Positions 19,366 through 30,012 are shown, counted from the first letter of the stretch. The stretch is DNA of 64,000 nucleotides from Alkalispirochaeta sp. (GCA_965601925.1 OZ271854.1:384001-448000); one strand, 5' to 3'. Numbers and translations: made by a program. Notes: generated by a model from the letters alone, not told the origin.

Positions 19366-21106
19366 CGCCGTGGATCAATACCTCCAAGTCGACCTCACCG
19401 CCGGTACAGGGCATCTGAATCCCCCATGCGTCGAGGACTCGGGGATGAACTTCACCGAAGACACCGACGACATTCTCGCTTCCGGCGCGAACGATCTGGG
19501 CCGCTCGCCCGGGAATGAATCGGCTGTCGTGCACCTCCCGGACGGTGTATTCATGCCCTAGATAGTACAGTATAGCCGATATATGGGAGTTTACCAGATT
19601 GAAACCTGCGCCTCGATCGGCGGAGACGAATCCGAGTTTGGTGAGCGTTCGGGTTCCGCTCGCCTCGTTTTCGGCGCGGCAGGCGATCTTGCCGACTTCG
19701 AACACGTGGTGCGGATAGACGGCGTTTCCGCTCACCGACTCGGCGGCGAGGAGCGACGGCAGAATCGATGGACGCACGAACTCATAATTCTCGCTCATCG
19801 GATTGGCGATGCGCACGACGTGAGAGAGCGCCTCGGTCCACTCGTCCTCGGGATACATCCTCTCGACGAAATCCCTTCCCGAACCGAGATAGTTAAAAAT
19901 CATCTCCTGGAATCCCAGACCGACCATTACGGTCTTGGCGCGGCGAGAAAACTCTTCGATCGGCAGTAACCGTCCCACGGTAAAATCGCGCGGCATTTCG
20001 GCGACGAAACTTTCCATCCCACGGCCGATCATCACCTCCTCGACGACGTCGACGGCGTGAAGAAAGTCGTTGCGGTACTCCGGCACCCGAATGGAAACGT
20101 GTTCGACGTCCGACGGCGAGGTCGGCTCCGTCACCTCGATCCCCATACGGCGCAACGCCTCGGTCACCTCGGAACGGCTCAGATCGACGCCGAGCATAGC
20201 GTTAATCTCGCTCATCGCAGCGTCTCGTCCGGTCTGGAAATAGTAGGGCACGGTGATCTCTCGTCCATACGGCGTATCGTACGGATACTCGATACGTACC
20301 GGCTCGATGGCGTATCCCATGTCCGCTGCGTCGCACGCAACGATCGAGGCGGTTAGGAGGAGAGAATCGAGATCGCTTCCGGTTAGCTCCACAAAGAGCG
20401 TCGTATCACCCTCCACGACGGCGCCGATCGTAGCGCTGTTTATTACCGGCGGAAAGCTCAGTATCCCCCCGCGATCGTCGGTCAAAATAGGGAAGCGCGG
20501 GAGCTCGGCGACGATGTGACCGAACTCGACTCCCTTGGGGTGTTCGGTAAGCATCTGGCGCATCGAGAGCTCGCGCTCCATCTGCAGCGGCACGAATCGC
20601 GTCGAATCGGGATCGACCGCCTTGTAGTGTACGGGATACTCGATAAGGTCCGACCGGTAGATTCCCATGGAGATCGAACGCCGTTTTCGCCCGAAGTTCC
20701 ACGTAAGCTTTTCCTGCGTCTGAATCAAGTCCTTGAGCACCACCTCACTCAAGGGAGGGCCGGTCATGACGAATCCGGCGAGATAGGGCCTGATATCCCC
20801 TACCGACCGATCCACCACGACGCGGCGCGATCCCGTCTCGCGTTGCGTCGCGGCGTTGGAAAAGAAATCGTACTGCGGCGGCTCCGCACCGCGATACAGG
20901 CGCAACTGTCGCGCCAGACCGGCGGTCGACCACAGATCGGGCCGGTTGGTGTCGTTCAGCTCGACCTTCATAAACCCGTCGTCGCCGGCCGGCTCGTCGA
21001 GCTCGGCCTTGGCGGCGGGGAAAATGGCCTCCAGTTCGTCGTCGGTGATGGCAGACGCGCCGATCGCCGTAGTCAGCGCCGCGCGCGATATTTCGATTTT
21101 CGGCAT
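19340..21106 (-). CDS. pheT: Phenylalanine-tRNA ligase beta subunit (short archaeal/eukaryote type)
   Basis: ELNDTNRPDLWS, QTQEKL, SFPPVINS, YRNDFLHAVDVVEE and FGEVHP. 588 aa. Confidence 0.96.
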   Translation of the reverse strand: MPKIEISRAALTTAIGASAITDDELEAIFPAAKAELDEPAGDDGFMKVELNDTNRPDLWSTAGLARQLRLYRGAEPPQYDFFSNAATQRETGSRRVVVDRSVGDIRPYLAGFVMTGPPLSEVVLKDLIQTQEKLTWNFGRKRRSISMGIYRSDLIEYPVHYKAVDPDSTRFVPLQMERELSMRQMLTEHPKGVEFGHIVAELPRFPILTDDRGGILSFPPVINSATIGAVVEGDTTLFVELTGSDLDSLLLTASIVACDAADMGYAIEPVRIEYPYDTPYGREITVPYYFQTGRDAAMSEINAMLGVDLSRSEVTEALRRMGIEVTEPTSPSDVEHVSIRVPEYRNDFLHAVDVVEEVMIGRGMESFVAEMPRDFTVGRLLPIEEFSRRAKTVMVGLGFQEMIFNYLGSGRDFVERMYPEDEWTEALSHVVRIANPMSENYEFVRPSILPSLLAAESVSGNAVYPHHVFEVGKIACRAENEASGTRTLTKLGFVSADRGAGFNLVNSHISAILYYLGHEYTVREVHDSRFIPGRAAQIVRAGSENVVGVFGEVHPRVLDAWGIQMPCTGGEVDLEVLIHGDDGDAGAS

Positions 21107-21115
21107 GATTCCCCC

Positions 21116-22678
21116 TTATCCGGCGCGACGCCTGAGCCGAACGTGCTCGATATCGGAACTGAAGAGCTCTCTTAGGTCGTTGAGTCCCAGATGCATCAGC
21201 GCCATCCGATCGATACCGAGCCCCCACGCCAACACGGGAACGTCGATCCCCATAGGACGCGTCACCTCGGGACGGAAGATTCCCGATCCACCGAGCTCAA
21301 ACCATCCGAGGCGCGGATGTTTGATATGCACCTCTACAGACGGCTCGGTGAACGGAAAGTAACCCGGCACGTAGCGCACTTCCGTTGCGCCGGCCAGCTG
21401 TTCCGCGAACATCTTCAAGAGGCCCAGTAAGGTGCGCAGATTGACGTCTTTTCCCAGAACGATTCCCTCGGTCTGGTAGAAATCGGCAAGATGCGTTGCA
21501 TCGACCTGATCGTAGCGAAAACAGCGCAGAATCCCGAAGTACTTGCCGGGAACTTTCGCCGTCGGTAGCGCTTTCGCCGACATGACCGTTCCCTGACTCC
21601 TGAGAATGAGCCGGCGCGTGAAGTCGCGATCGAAGCGATAGTTCCATCCTCGACTGCCGGTTTCCCACCCGTTCTCGTGCGTTGTCGCGACGCGGGAGAG
21701 AAACGGCTCTTCTATTTCGGTGGCGTGGCGCGGATCGTCGACGTAATACACATCGTGAATGTCCCGCGCCGAGTGAAATTGCGGCATAAAGAGCGCGTCG
21801 GAGTTCCAGAACTCGGTCTCGACGATCGGTCCGTCAAACTCCTCGAATCCCAGGGAAACGAGCTTGTCTTTTACCGAGTCGAGATACTCGCAATAGGCGT
21901 TGCGCCGCCCCGGGAGCACGCGCGCGACCGGCGCGGAGAGTGCATACTCGCGAAACCGTTTGCCTCGCCACGTACCGTCGCGGAGCATCTCGGGCGTCAG
22001 TTGCCCCTCTTCGTCTCCGGTTAGCCCCGCGGCCGCCAAGGCGTCGCGCACCTCCGTGCCTTGGACGGACAGTCGATATCGCACCCGCTCGCGCTCGATA
22101 ATCCGAAACATCGCCGACGACGCGCCGCGCTTCTTTGCGTGCCCGGCGATCGCCGCACGCTCCTCCTCGGAGAGCGAGGCGTCTTCGATTCCACCCGCCG
22201 CCGCGCGGTCGAGGAGCCGGCGAAGCACCGCGTCGGGTCGAGGCATGTCCTCATTGGAGTCGATCGCGGAGGCGAGGCGTACGCGCTTCTCGTCGTCCAT
22301 GGCGAGGACGTTCAGTTTGGAGAGGTGGCCGAAGGTCGAACCGACGTCCCTTTTCTCGAGCCCCGTCGCCGCGGCGAGGTGAGGCATCGCCAGAGGTCCC
22401 TTCTCGGCGACGGTCCTGATTATACGCTCCGCCGGCGTTCCGGCGGCGGCAAACTCCGCCCCGAGTTCGGTGCGTTCGTAGGTCACCGAGGGAAGGCGCT
22501 CTACCTCATCGATAAGCGCCTTGGCGGAGAGCCAACTAATCGCCTGGTTGCACTGCCCCAGTACCAGACCGAGATCGATCTGCATGCGGTCGGCGTCGAA
22601 TACGGAGTCAACATCGTACCGGAGAAGGGTCTTGACCTCCAACGGGTGAAGACTCTTGAGAGTTGCATCGGAAACCAT
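21116..22678 (-). CDS. pheS: Phenylalanine-tRNA ligase alpha subunit (long archaeal/eukaryote type)
   Basis: FWNSDALFMPQFHSARD, FRYDQVDATHLADFYQTEG, YFPFTEPS and AWGLGIDR. Start at MVSD is inferred from TATAAT 7 nt upstream. Confidence 0.96.
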   Translation of the reverse strand: MVSDATLKSLHPLEVKTLLRYDVDSVFDADRMQIDLGLVLGQCNQAISWLSAKALIDEVERLPSVTYERTELGAEFAAAGTPAERIIRTVAEKGPLAMPHLAAATGLEKRDVGSTFGHLSKLNVLAMDDEKRVRLASAIDSNEDMPRPDAVLRRLLDRAAAGGIEDASLSEEERAAIAGHAKKRGASSAMFRIIERERVRYRLSVQGTEVRDALAAAGLTGDEEGQLTPEMLRDGTWRGKRFREYALSAPVARVLPGRRNAYCEYLDSVKDKLVSLGFEEFDGPIVETEFWNSDALFMPQFHSARDIHDVYYVDDPRHATEIEEPFLSRVATTHENGWETGSRGWNYRFDRDFTRRLILRSQGTVMSAKALPTAKVPGKYFGILRCFRYDQVDATHLADFYQTEGIVLGKDVNLRTLLGLLKMFAEQLAGATEVRYVPGYFPFTEPSVEVHIKHPRLGWFELGGSGIFRPEVTRPMGIDVPVLAWGLGIDRMALMHLGLNDLRELFSSDIEHVRLRRRAG

Positions 22679-22770
22679 GGCGCGCATTATAGACAAAAGC
22701 ACACGCGACACACCACCCTGTCCCACAGACGAGGATTGCACGCCCCGTGTCGCGCTCGGACCGGACTCGT

Positions 22771-25700
22771 TTACTCGTCGGAGGCGATCTTGTCGCGGAG
22801 CGTACGTACACGCTCGCTTAACTGCTGCCCTATTTCCGGGTCGGGAACATTGCCGCTGAGCGACGCGAGGTACGAGAACGTTCCCGCGAGACCCTTACGA
22901 TCGATGCGTGTGCGGTTCGACGACGAGTCCGGTGCACTCTCGGCACTCTTCGCGCGACGCCCCGCCTTCTCCCGCAGCGTCGTCCGTCCGCTTAGCCGAG
23001 CGTGAAGCCCCGCAAGCTTCAACCGCGCCTCGCTCTGTCGATACTCCTGATCCCTCGTCGGCGGCAAACTGTCGGCCAGGCTCATTAAGTAACGGAAAAG
23101 TCGCGCATGGGGCGCGAGGGGCGTATCTTTGTCGGAGTGAGCGCTGCCTGCGGTCTTCGGCGGCGCGCCGAGGCGATCCTGGATGCCGGCGATCATGTCC
23201 CGCAGCTTGCGTCTGAGGGAAGGATCGGCCGGCGCCTCGTCTGCGTCGTCGTCCATCGCGTCGGACTCCGTCGGTGCGTCCGCTGCGTCGTGTGTCGACG
23301 AAGGAGATGCGGCCTCGCGCGATGCGCCCCCTTCGATCTCACCGGAGGCGCCGGGCTGCACGTACGGCTCGCTCTCGTCGGCGGGTACGGCACGATCATC
23401 TCCGACCGACGCCTCGCCGCCGTCCTCGCCGGTGTCGTACGCGCGTTCCGACGCGGAGTCGTCCAAAGACGGCTCCATCGCTCCGTCGGCCTCTGCATCT
23501 CCCTCACCATCCGACATTTCGAGGTGTCCGACACCCTCTCCCGATAGAGCGTCTTCGGTCGGCTCTTCGCCTTCGAACACCCCGTCGACACCCGCTTCAT
23601 CGTCGCCACCGGTCTCTTCACCATCTCCGACGAAACGGCCGACGCCGCGTCTCGCCTCGTCGGCGGTCTCTCGATCCTCGACCTCACCGTCGCGGCCCGC
23701 CTCGACTCCAACCTGCTCCGGCACGAGTGTACCGTCCGGTGTCGGATCCACCGTTTCACCCCCGGATTCGACGTCGCGCTCACCGATCTCGGCTCCCTCG
23801 ACCGGTATCCCGCGGGTCTCTTCTTCCCCGTTCGCCGGTGGGGCGGCGAGCGGGGCGCCCCCGTTTTCGTCTTCTGCTGCAACCGTCGCCGGGGCGACAG
23901 GCGCCTCTTCGTCGATTCCGGCGTCGACGGCCTCCTGCACCGCTACCGGCTCGCCGTCCGCCGGGGCCTCCTCGGCATCCTTCGTCGGCTTCGCGGGAAC
24001 CGGTCGAGGGCTCACGGCAGCAAGCGGAAACCCTCTGATCGGCTCTTCGGCCCGCTCCTCCTCCGGTTCGTCCGGCGGAGGCTTGCTGAGCGGCTCGTCG
24101 CGTTTCGGAAAGGGCATCTCATCGGTTTCGTCCGGGAGATCGCGCAGATTGGATTCCAACGGATCGTCGAACGCACCGCCTTCTCCCCGTCCCGCGGATG
24201 TGCCGTTTCTGGGAGTCTTTTGTTCGATCTCACCGGTATCGGGCGGCTCGGCGATAGGCGGCGGTTCCGCGCCGACCGGCTCCTCGACGGCTTCCTCTTC
24301 CTCTTCCTCTTCCTCTTCCCGTTCGGAGACCGTGCCGCCGTTGAAGCTCAGAATCGGTATCGATTCCTCGTCGAGGCCTTCGGCCTCACTCGTCTCCATG
24401 TCCACCACCGTTTCGGCGATCCGGCCTTGGTTGGCGAGTCGTCCGAGCTTCTCGAGATTTCGCTGCCACTGCTCGGCGTTCTCCGCCTCCCAATCGTTGA
24501 CCATTTGCTCGTACAGCTCGAGGCTTTCGTTGAGGTTGCTGAGGTCGTCGGCGTTTCCGCGGTGGCCTTGGAGGGATATCAGCTCGTCGGCCGCTGCGAG
24601 CGCCCCCTCGCGGTCTCCGAGAACCCGGTGCACGTTGGCCCGTGAGGTGAGTAGTCGCGGATCGTCCTCGCCCAACCGGGCGGCATGCTGCAGTGTTTGA
24701 CGCGCCTCGGTCTCCTTTCCGAGGTCCGCGAGTATCTCCGCCTTGCGCAACAGACCGCTCACGTCCTGCGGGTTGGACTGTACGGCGCGCTCCGCGAGTT
24801 CCAACGCCTCCTTATGAAAGCCGTCGCCGCGCAGGATACCGGAGAGATCGGCGAGATAGGAGCCGTCCTGGGGCCTACCTTCGGCGTACCGCCGGAGGCT
24901 TTGCTCGCCGGCCTCGCGTTCACCGCTGCGATACTGAGAGAGCCCGAGTTCCCGCATCGCATCCAAATCGGTGGCGTCGCCGGCCACGATCCGCTCCCAC
25001 ATCCGCGCGGCCTGGTCGTGCATTCCCGACCGGGTGTACACGCCGGCGAGGCTTCGCTGGAGACGCACGTTGTCGGGGTCCCGCTCCAGCATCTGGGATA
25101 ACGTCCGCCGGGCGGCCGCGGGATCGCTCCCGCGCTCTACGATCTGTCCAAGGTTGGTCGCGGCCCGCGCGTACTGCGGAGCCTGCTCGAGGGCGGTGCG
25201 AAATGAACGAATCGCCTCGTCGATACGCCCGGAACGAGCCAGGACGGTGCCGAGGTTATTGCGCGCGGTGTAGTTGTCGGGCTCCAACTCGAGTAGCTCG
25301 TTGAAGGCTTCCTCGGCGCCGTCGAGCTCGCCCATACGCTCCAACACGATTCCGAGGTTGTTGACCGCGTCGGTCCAGCCGGGATGAGCCCTACGCGCCG
25401 CCTCATAACTCCGACGCGCATCGTCCAACCGTTCGACCGTCTGATAGGTGTTACCGAGATTATAGTTGAGGGTCGGGTGGTTGGGGTCGTGTTCGAGGCC
25501 GTGCTCGAATGCCGCCATCGCCTCCTCGTGCCGACCCTGGGCGTCATAGAGCGTACCCAGATTGTTGTACGCCGCAGCGAGTGTGGGGTCGGCGGCGATC
25601 GACCGCTCGTACGCATCGATCGCCTCGTCGTGGTCGCCGAGATCCTTGTGGATGTTGCCGAGATTGTAAAACATCTCACCGTTGCTCGGCTCGAGAGCGA

Positions 25701-25992
25701 GTGCACGACGGACCAACTCGATCGCTCGTTGAGCGTCGCCGGTCTGACGATAGATAACCGCTAAATTGTTGAGCGCTTCGGCATTCTTGGGGTCCAGGAC
25801 GATCGCGTGCTCAAAGCGTTCGATGGCCGGAGCGTACCGTTTTTGGCGACCGTAGATCGTTCCGAGCAGAACGTGCGCCGCGGCGATATCGGGAAAATCA
25901 CTCAGAAGCTCCGACGTCAATCGCTCGGCTACTTCGAGATCGTTGACTCGAAATGCGCTTATGGCTCTGCTGAGGCGTTCCTGATGTTTCAT
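22771..25992 (-). CDS. Tetratricopeptide repeat protein with long acidic low-complexity linker
   Basis: Many TPRs (ALNNLA, YNLG, YNNLG), then roughly 400 aa rich in E/D/A/P including poly-E, then a short helical C-terminal domain. Confidence 0.88.
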   Translation of the reverse strand: MKHQERLSRAISAFRVNDLEVAERLTSELLSDFPDIAAAHVLLGTIYGRQKRYAPAIERFEHAIVLDPKNAEALNNLAVIYRQTGDAQRAIELVRRALALEPSNGEMFYNLGNIHKDLGDHDEAIDAYERSIAADPTLAAAYNNLGTLYDAQGRHEEAMAAFEHGLEHDPNHPTLNYNLGNTYQTVERLDDARRSYEAARRAHPGWTDAVNNLGIVLERMGELDGAEEAFNELLELEPDNYTARNNLGTVLARSGRIDEAIRSFRTALEQAPQYARAATNLGQIVERGSDPAAARRTLSQMLERDPDNVRLQRSLAGVYTRSGMHDQAARMWERIVAGDATDLDAMRELGLSQYRSGEREAGEQSLRRYAEGRPQDGSYLADLSGILRGDGFHKEALELAERAVQSNPQDVSGLLRKAEILADLGKETEARQTLQHAARLGEDDPRLLTSRANVHRVLGDREGALAAADELISLQGHRGNADDLSNLNESLELYEQMVNDWEAENAEQWQRNLEKLGRLANQGRIAETVVDMETSEAEGLDEESIPILSFNGGTVSEREEEEEEEEEAVEEPVGAEPPPIAEPPDTGEIEQKTPRNGTSAGRGEGGAFDDPLESNLRDLPDETDEMPFPKRDEPLSKPPPDEPEEERAEEPIRGFPLAAVSPRPVPAKPTKDAEEAPADGEPVAVQEAVDAGIDEEAPVAPATVAAEDENGGAPLAAPPANGEEETRGIPVEGAEIGERDVESGGETVDPTPDGTLVPEQVGVEAGRDGEVEDRETADEARRGVGRFVGDGEETGGDDEAGVDGVFEGEEPTEDALSGEGVGHLEMSDGEGDAEADGAMEPSLDDSASERAYDTGEDGGEASVGDDRAVPADESEPYVQPGASGEIEGGASREAASPSSTHDAADAPTESDAMDDDADEAPADPSLRRKLRDMIAGIQDRLGAPPKTAGSAHSDKDTPLAPHARLFRYLMSLADSLPPTRDQEYRQSEARLKLAGLHARLSGRTTLREKAGRRAKSAESAPDSSSNRTRIDRKGLAGTFSYLASLSGNVPDPEIGQQLSERVRTLRDKIASDE

Positions 25993-27515
25993 TATTCCCT
26001 TCTTCCCGCACGCACCTGAACCTCATTCGACAATCGACTCTGCCGGCCATGGACGTCGTAACTCTCGACGGCAAACACATACGCTCCGTCGGGTCGAAGT
26101 CCCTCGATGCGGAACGTCGTGTCGAGACCGACGTCAACGGGACTGATACGATCTGCGGTTCCGACGTATCGACGCGGTCGCTCTCCAAAATACACACGAT
26201 ACCCGGCAAGGTCTTCGGTTACGACCGGATCCCACGCAATCTCGACGCCGCCGGGAATACCGATTCCCCTGACGGCTCGTGGAATCGGGGGTGGAAGCTC
26301 AGGGCGATACGCAATCCGCGCGTTTCGGACCCGCGGGCTCTCCCGACGCTCGGCGTCGGCGAGCAGATCGAAGCGCATTTGGATCCACGCGCCGCGCTCG
26401 TCCGGAGAGAGCACACCGTCGTCGGGAAGCTCGCGCCACGGCGCGTCGAGCGCAAAGCGTAGATCGTCGCTCACGATTCCCTCGGCGAGACGATACCACG
26501 TTCGTACCTCGGTACGTCCCGGCTCATGCACATTGACGCGGACCGAGGTGACGCGCGCTCCCCGACCGCCGAGGAACACGGGCGTCGTGAAGGCGCTCCC
26601 CGATTCGCCCGAATAGCGCGTCGGACGCGCCTCACGCGTCGCATCGGCGGCGATGGAAAGCTCATCCAACACGCCGTGGTACCCCTCGCCGACGATAAGG
26701 CCGTCCCCGGTGTCGCTTCCGAACAGAATCGTGTACGCCGAACCGTCCTCCGTGCCGCTCTCGCTTAAATATGCGATTGCCTCCGGTATGCCGTCGACCC
26801 GATAACTCATTTGTCCCGTCGTAGCGTCGAAACGGAGCTCGTGGTGCGACCAGCGTTCGGGAACCAAGCCGCGTCGGGCCGATAACCGTATGCTGGAGAT
26901 CGAGCGACCGCCGTCGGCGTGCGCTTCGCTCACGAGATTGTTAAGCGTCCAGTGGAGTCGACTCTCGTCGATCTCGAAGCGCAGCTCCTGGAGCACCGGC
27001 GCCCCCGCATTCAAGAGGGCGCCCCGCCAGCGCACGACCGATGCGCCTTCATTAACGCGAATCGGATAGAGCCACAGTCGGATGGAAAACGAGCCGGGCT
27101 GCGAGTACGGTGTCAAAAGGGCGCTCCCCCGGGGAACGTAGGAGAGCATCGATTGTCCGTCGAAGGCCGCCGCGCCGGAACCGAATCGACGATGCGTATC
27201 GACCACGCGCGCGCCGCCGGGCACGAGGTCATAGTTCCCGGCCTCGTCGCGGAGTAGGCCGTCGAAGGAGACGAGCAAATCACTCGCCTCGTCTACGCGC
27301 CGTCGCCAGTCGGCGAGTACGATATCCTCGCCGCCCTGCCACCCGTCGGCGAAGGCTGTGTTCTCCAATAGAGCGATCGTGTCCCATCCGGCGCGGCCGC
27401 CGAGATGGATCGTCTCGTCCGGAAGCTGTGCAAATCCCCACGTCGGAATGATGAGCGAGAAGACCCACGGCAGGATCGCGATCGGGAGTCGAGACGGACG
27501 TTTCTTACTTGACAT
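25992..27515 (-). CDS. Secreted LamG/ConA-like + fibronectin type III protein
   Basis: Signal peptide. FSIRLWLYP, WSHHELRFD and YHGVLDEL (LamG). WDPV...GYRVYFG...YVFAVESYD...SRLSNEV (FN3). Start may be 27530. Confidence 0.8.
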   Translation of the reverse strand: MSSKKRPSRLPIAILPWVFSLIIPTWGFAQLPDETIHLGGRAGWDTIALLENTAFADGWQGGEDIVLADWRRRVDEASDLLVSFDGLLRDEAGNYDLVPGGARVVDTHRRFGSGAAAFDGQSMLSYVPRGSALLTPYSQPGSFSIRLWLYPIRVNEGASVVRWRGALLNAGAPVLQELRFEIDESRLHWTLNNLVSEAHADGGRSISSIRLSARRGLVPERWSHHELRFDATTGQMSYRVDGIPEAIAYLSESGTEDGSAYTILFGSDTGDGLIVGEGYHGVLDELSIAADATREARPTRYSGESGSAFTTPVFLGGRGARVTSVRVNVHEPGRTEVRTWYRLAEGIVSDDLRFALDAPWRELPDDGVLSPDERGAWIQMRFDLLADAERRESPRVRNARIAYRPELPPPIPRAVRGIGIPGGVEIAWDPVVTEDLAGYRVYFGERPRRYVGTADRISPVDVGLDTTFRIEGLRPDGAYVFAVESYDVHGRQSRLSNEVQVRAGRRE

Positions 27516-27553
27516 GACGAGCAGGCCCATAGTTCCGTATTGTTAGCATCGGC

Positions 27554-29356
27554 ATGTCACGGGACGAACTCAAAAACACGATCCAGGATTTTCCTCGTAA
27601 CGCGGGCGTATACATCATGCGCGATGTCGACGATACGATTCTGTACGTCGGCAAGGCGAAGAGCCTGCGCGCCAGGGTGCGGTCGTACTTTGCAAAGGAT
27701 CTGCCGATTAAGACCGCCGTTCTTATGTCGCGGGTGATACGCATAGACTACCTCGTCACCGGCAACGAGTACGAGGCGCTCTTGTTGGAAAACGAGCTTA
27801 TCAAGCAGCACACCCCGCGCTACAACATCAACCTCAAGGACGGTAAAAGCTATCCGGTGATACGCATTACCACCGACAAGTATCCGCGTGTCTTCAAGAC
27901 GCGGCGTATCGTCCAGGACGGTTCAACCTACTTCGGACCCTTTACCAGCGTGTGGCGCCTGGAAGCGTACCTCGACCTGATCGACCGTCTATACCCGCTC
28001 CGGAAGTGTCGCACCACCGAACTCAAGCCGCGCAAGTCACCCTGTCTGTACTGGCACATCGGCCGGTGCGCTGCGGTCTGCGCCGGTAAAACGAGCCACG
28101 AGGACTACACGGCGCGTATCGAGTCGATCAAACGCCTTCTGTCGGGCAGAACCGGGGCGATCCGCAAAGAGCTGTCCGAGCGCATGGATGCCGCGAGCGA
28201 GGCGCTGGAGTTCGAGAAGGCGGCGCAGTATCGCGACGCCCTCACCGGCCTCGACCAAATCGAGAGCGAACAGCGCGTCGTCGATTTCGATCCCGAAATC
28301 CGGGATTACATCGGGTACGCCGCGCGGGACGAGCTGTGCACATTTGTCGTCTTCCAGATGCGCGCCGGCAAACTGGTGGGGAGCAACGTCTTTCACGCCG
28401 AGCTTCCGGGAACGGACGAGGAAAACCTCGTGGAGTTTGTCCTGCAGTTCTACGGGTCGACCAGCAAAGCTCCTCGCGAGCTGTACACCTCGGCCTCTAT
28501 GGGCGACCTTGCGACGTTGCAACGGTTCTTTCGCGAGGAGCTGGGAAGCGAGGTCGAAATCCGCACGCCGGAGACGAGTCGTGACGCTTCGGTCCTGCGT
28601 CTGTGCATAGAAAACGCCCGCCAGGAGTTGGACCGACGCCTACGAGAAAAGGGCGACCTTCCGGCGCTGGAGGAACTCGCCGCGGTTCTCTCCCTACCGA
28701 ATCCGCCGTTGCGGATCGAGGGCTTCGATATCGCCCACGTCGGGGGACGCAACACCGTCGCCAGCCTCGTGAGTTTCTCCAACGGCGTGCCGGACAAGAG
28801 CCAGTACAAGCGTTTTCGTATTAAGAGCCTCAAGGAGGGGCAAATCGACGACTTCGCCTCGATGCGGGAGGTGATCGCGCGGCGCTATACGAGGGTCAAA
28901 AACGAACGCCTGCCGCGCCCCGATCTTATCCTCATCGACGGCGGAAAGGGCCAAGTGGGAGCGGCGCAGGAGATTCTGGACGCCCTGGATCTCGCGATTC
29001 CCATCGTCGGACTTGCGAAGCGCAATGAGGAGCTCTTTCTTCCCGCCCACGGTGAGCCGATCCTCCTCCCCGAAGGATCGCCGCCCTTGAGAGTGCTTCA
29101 GCACGTGCGGGACGAGGCGCATCGCTTTGCGACGACCTATCGCGCGGGGCTCCAGAAAAAAAGCGCCCTGACACCGGTTCTGGAAAAAGTCCCCGGGATC
29201 GGCCCGCGCCGGGCCGCCAAAATCCTGCGCTCCTTCCCGGATGTCGAGGGTCTCGTCGAGACCCCTGTCGACGTCATCGCCAAAAGCACCGGCATCAGCG
29301 AAGAGCAGGCCTACACCGTGCAGGAGTTCGTCAGGCGGGAGCTGTTCGGCCAATGA
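27554..29356 (+). CDS. uvrC: Excinuclease ABC subunit C
   Basis: GVYIM...YVGKAKSLRARVRSYF, four-Cys motif, IEGFDIAH, LIDGGKGQ, RDEAHRFA and HhH motif VPGIGP. Confidence 0.97.
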   Translation: MSRDELKNTIQDFPRNAGVYIMRDVDDTILYVGKAKSLRARVRSYFAKDLPIKTAVLMSRVIRIDYLVTGNEYEALLLENELIKQHTPRYNINLKDGKSYPVIRITTDKYPRVFKTRRIVQDGSTYFGPFTSVWRLEAYLDLIDRLYPLRKCRTTELKPRKSPCLYWHIGRCAAVCAGKTSHEDYTARIESIKRLLSGRTGAIRKELSERMDAASEALEFEKAAQYRDALTGLDQIESEQRVVDFDPEIRDYIGYAARDELCTFVVFQMRAGKLVGSNVFHAELPGTDEENLVEFVLQFYGSTSKAPRELYTSASMGDLATLQRFFREELGSEVEIRTPETSRDASVLRLCIENARQELDRRLREKGDLPALEELAAVLSLPNPPLRIEGFDIAHVGGRNTVASLVSFSNGVPDKSQYKRFRIKSLKEGQIDDFASMREVIARRYTRVKNERLPRPDLILIDGGKGQVGAAQEILDALDLAIPIVGLAKRNEELFLPAHGEPILLPEGSPPLRVLQHVRDEAHRFATTYRAGLQKKSALTPVLEKVPGIGPRRAAKILRSFPDVEGLVETPVDVIAKSTGISEEQAYTVQEFVRRELFGQ

Positions 29357-29415
29357 TGGGGAGTACGCGATACGTTCCCGCCTCAGCTCCCGTCGACTCA
29401 CGGGACATATCGACC

Positions 29416-29845
29416 ATGAAACACGATCGCGTGCTGTTTTGGGATTTCGACGGAACGCTTGCGCACCGGAACGGCTTTTTCAGCGAGGTGCTCCTGCAGA
29501 TACTCGATGAGCGTGAGCCGAGCCACACGACCCGAATTGACGATATTCGGCCGTTCCTCCGAGACGGCTTTCCCTGGCATTTTCCCGAGCGGACGCACTT
29601 TGAACTATCGGACCCGGCGGCGTGGTGGGCCTTTGTAGAGCGATCGTTCGTGCGCGCTTTCGTAGGCGTCGGTGTCTCGGAGAAAAAGGCGGTCGAATAT
29701 GCCGAACTGTCGCATATGAGGTATATCGACTCCACCGGATTCGAGCTCTACGACGACACAGAAGAGACACTCGACCACTGCGTGAACGGAGGCTGGACAA
29801 ATATCATCCTCTCGAACCACGTGCCCGAACTACCCTCGATCTACG
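29416..29845 (+). pseudogene. Truncated HAD-family hydrolase
   Basis: Motif I WDFDGTL and motif II ILSNH are present. Motifs III/IV (KP, GDxxxD) are not seen, and the frame runs on antisense into the GH43 gene. Confidence 0.7.
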
Positions 29846-30012
29846 TCGCGTCGCTGAAGCGGTTGGCGTCGGAGGGAAACGACGTTTTCCGGCTTGGGTG
29901 CAAAGCTCGCGACGACTGCGCTCGCGCGCACCGCAGGCCGCTCCCGGCACGGCATCGCGCGCGCCTCGGCATCGACCGGACACGCATCGACGGCAGGGAT
30001 CGTCGGCGCACC

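Noticed and set aside
23183..24700. 505-aa Ser/Pro/Ala-rich ORF on +
   Set aside because: Antisense mirror of the acidic linker of the TPR gene. Its composition is explained by the reverse complement of GAA/GAG/GAC codons.
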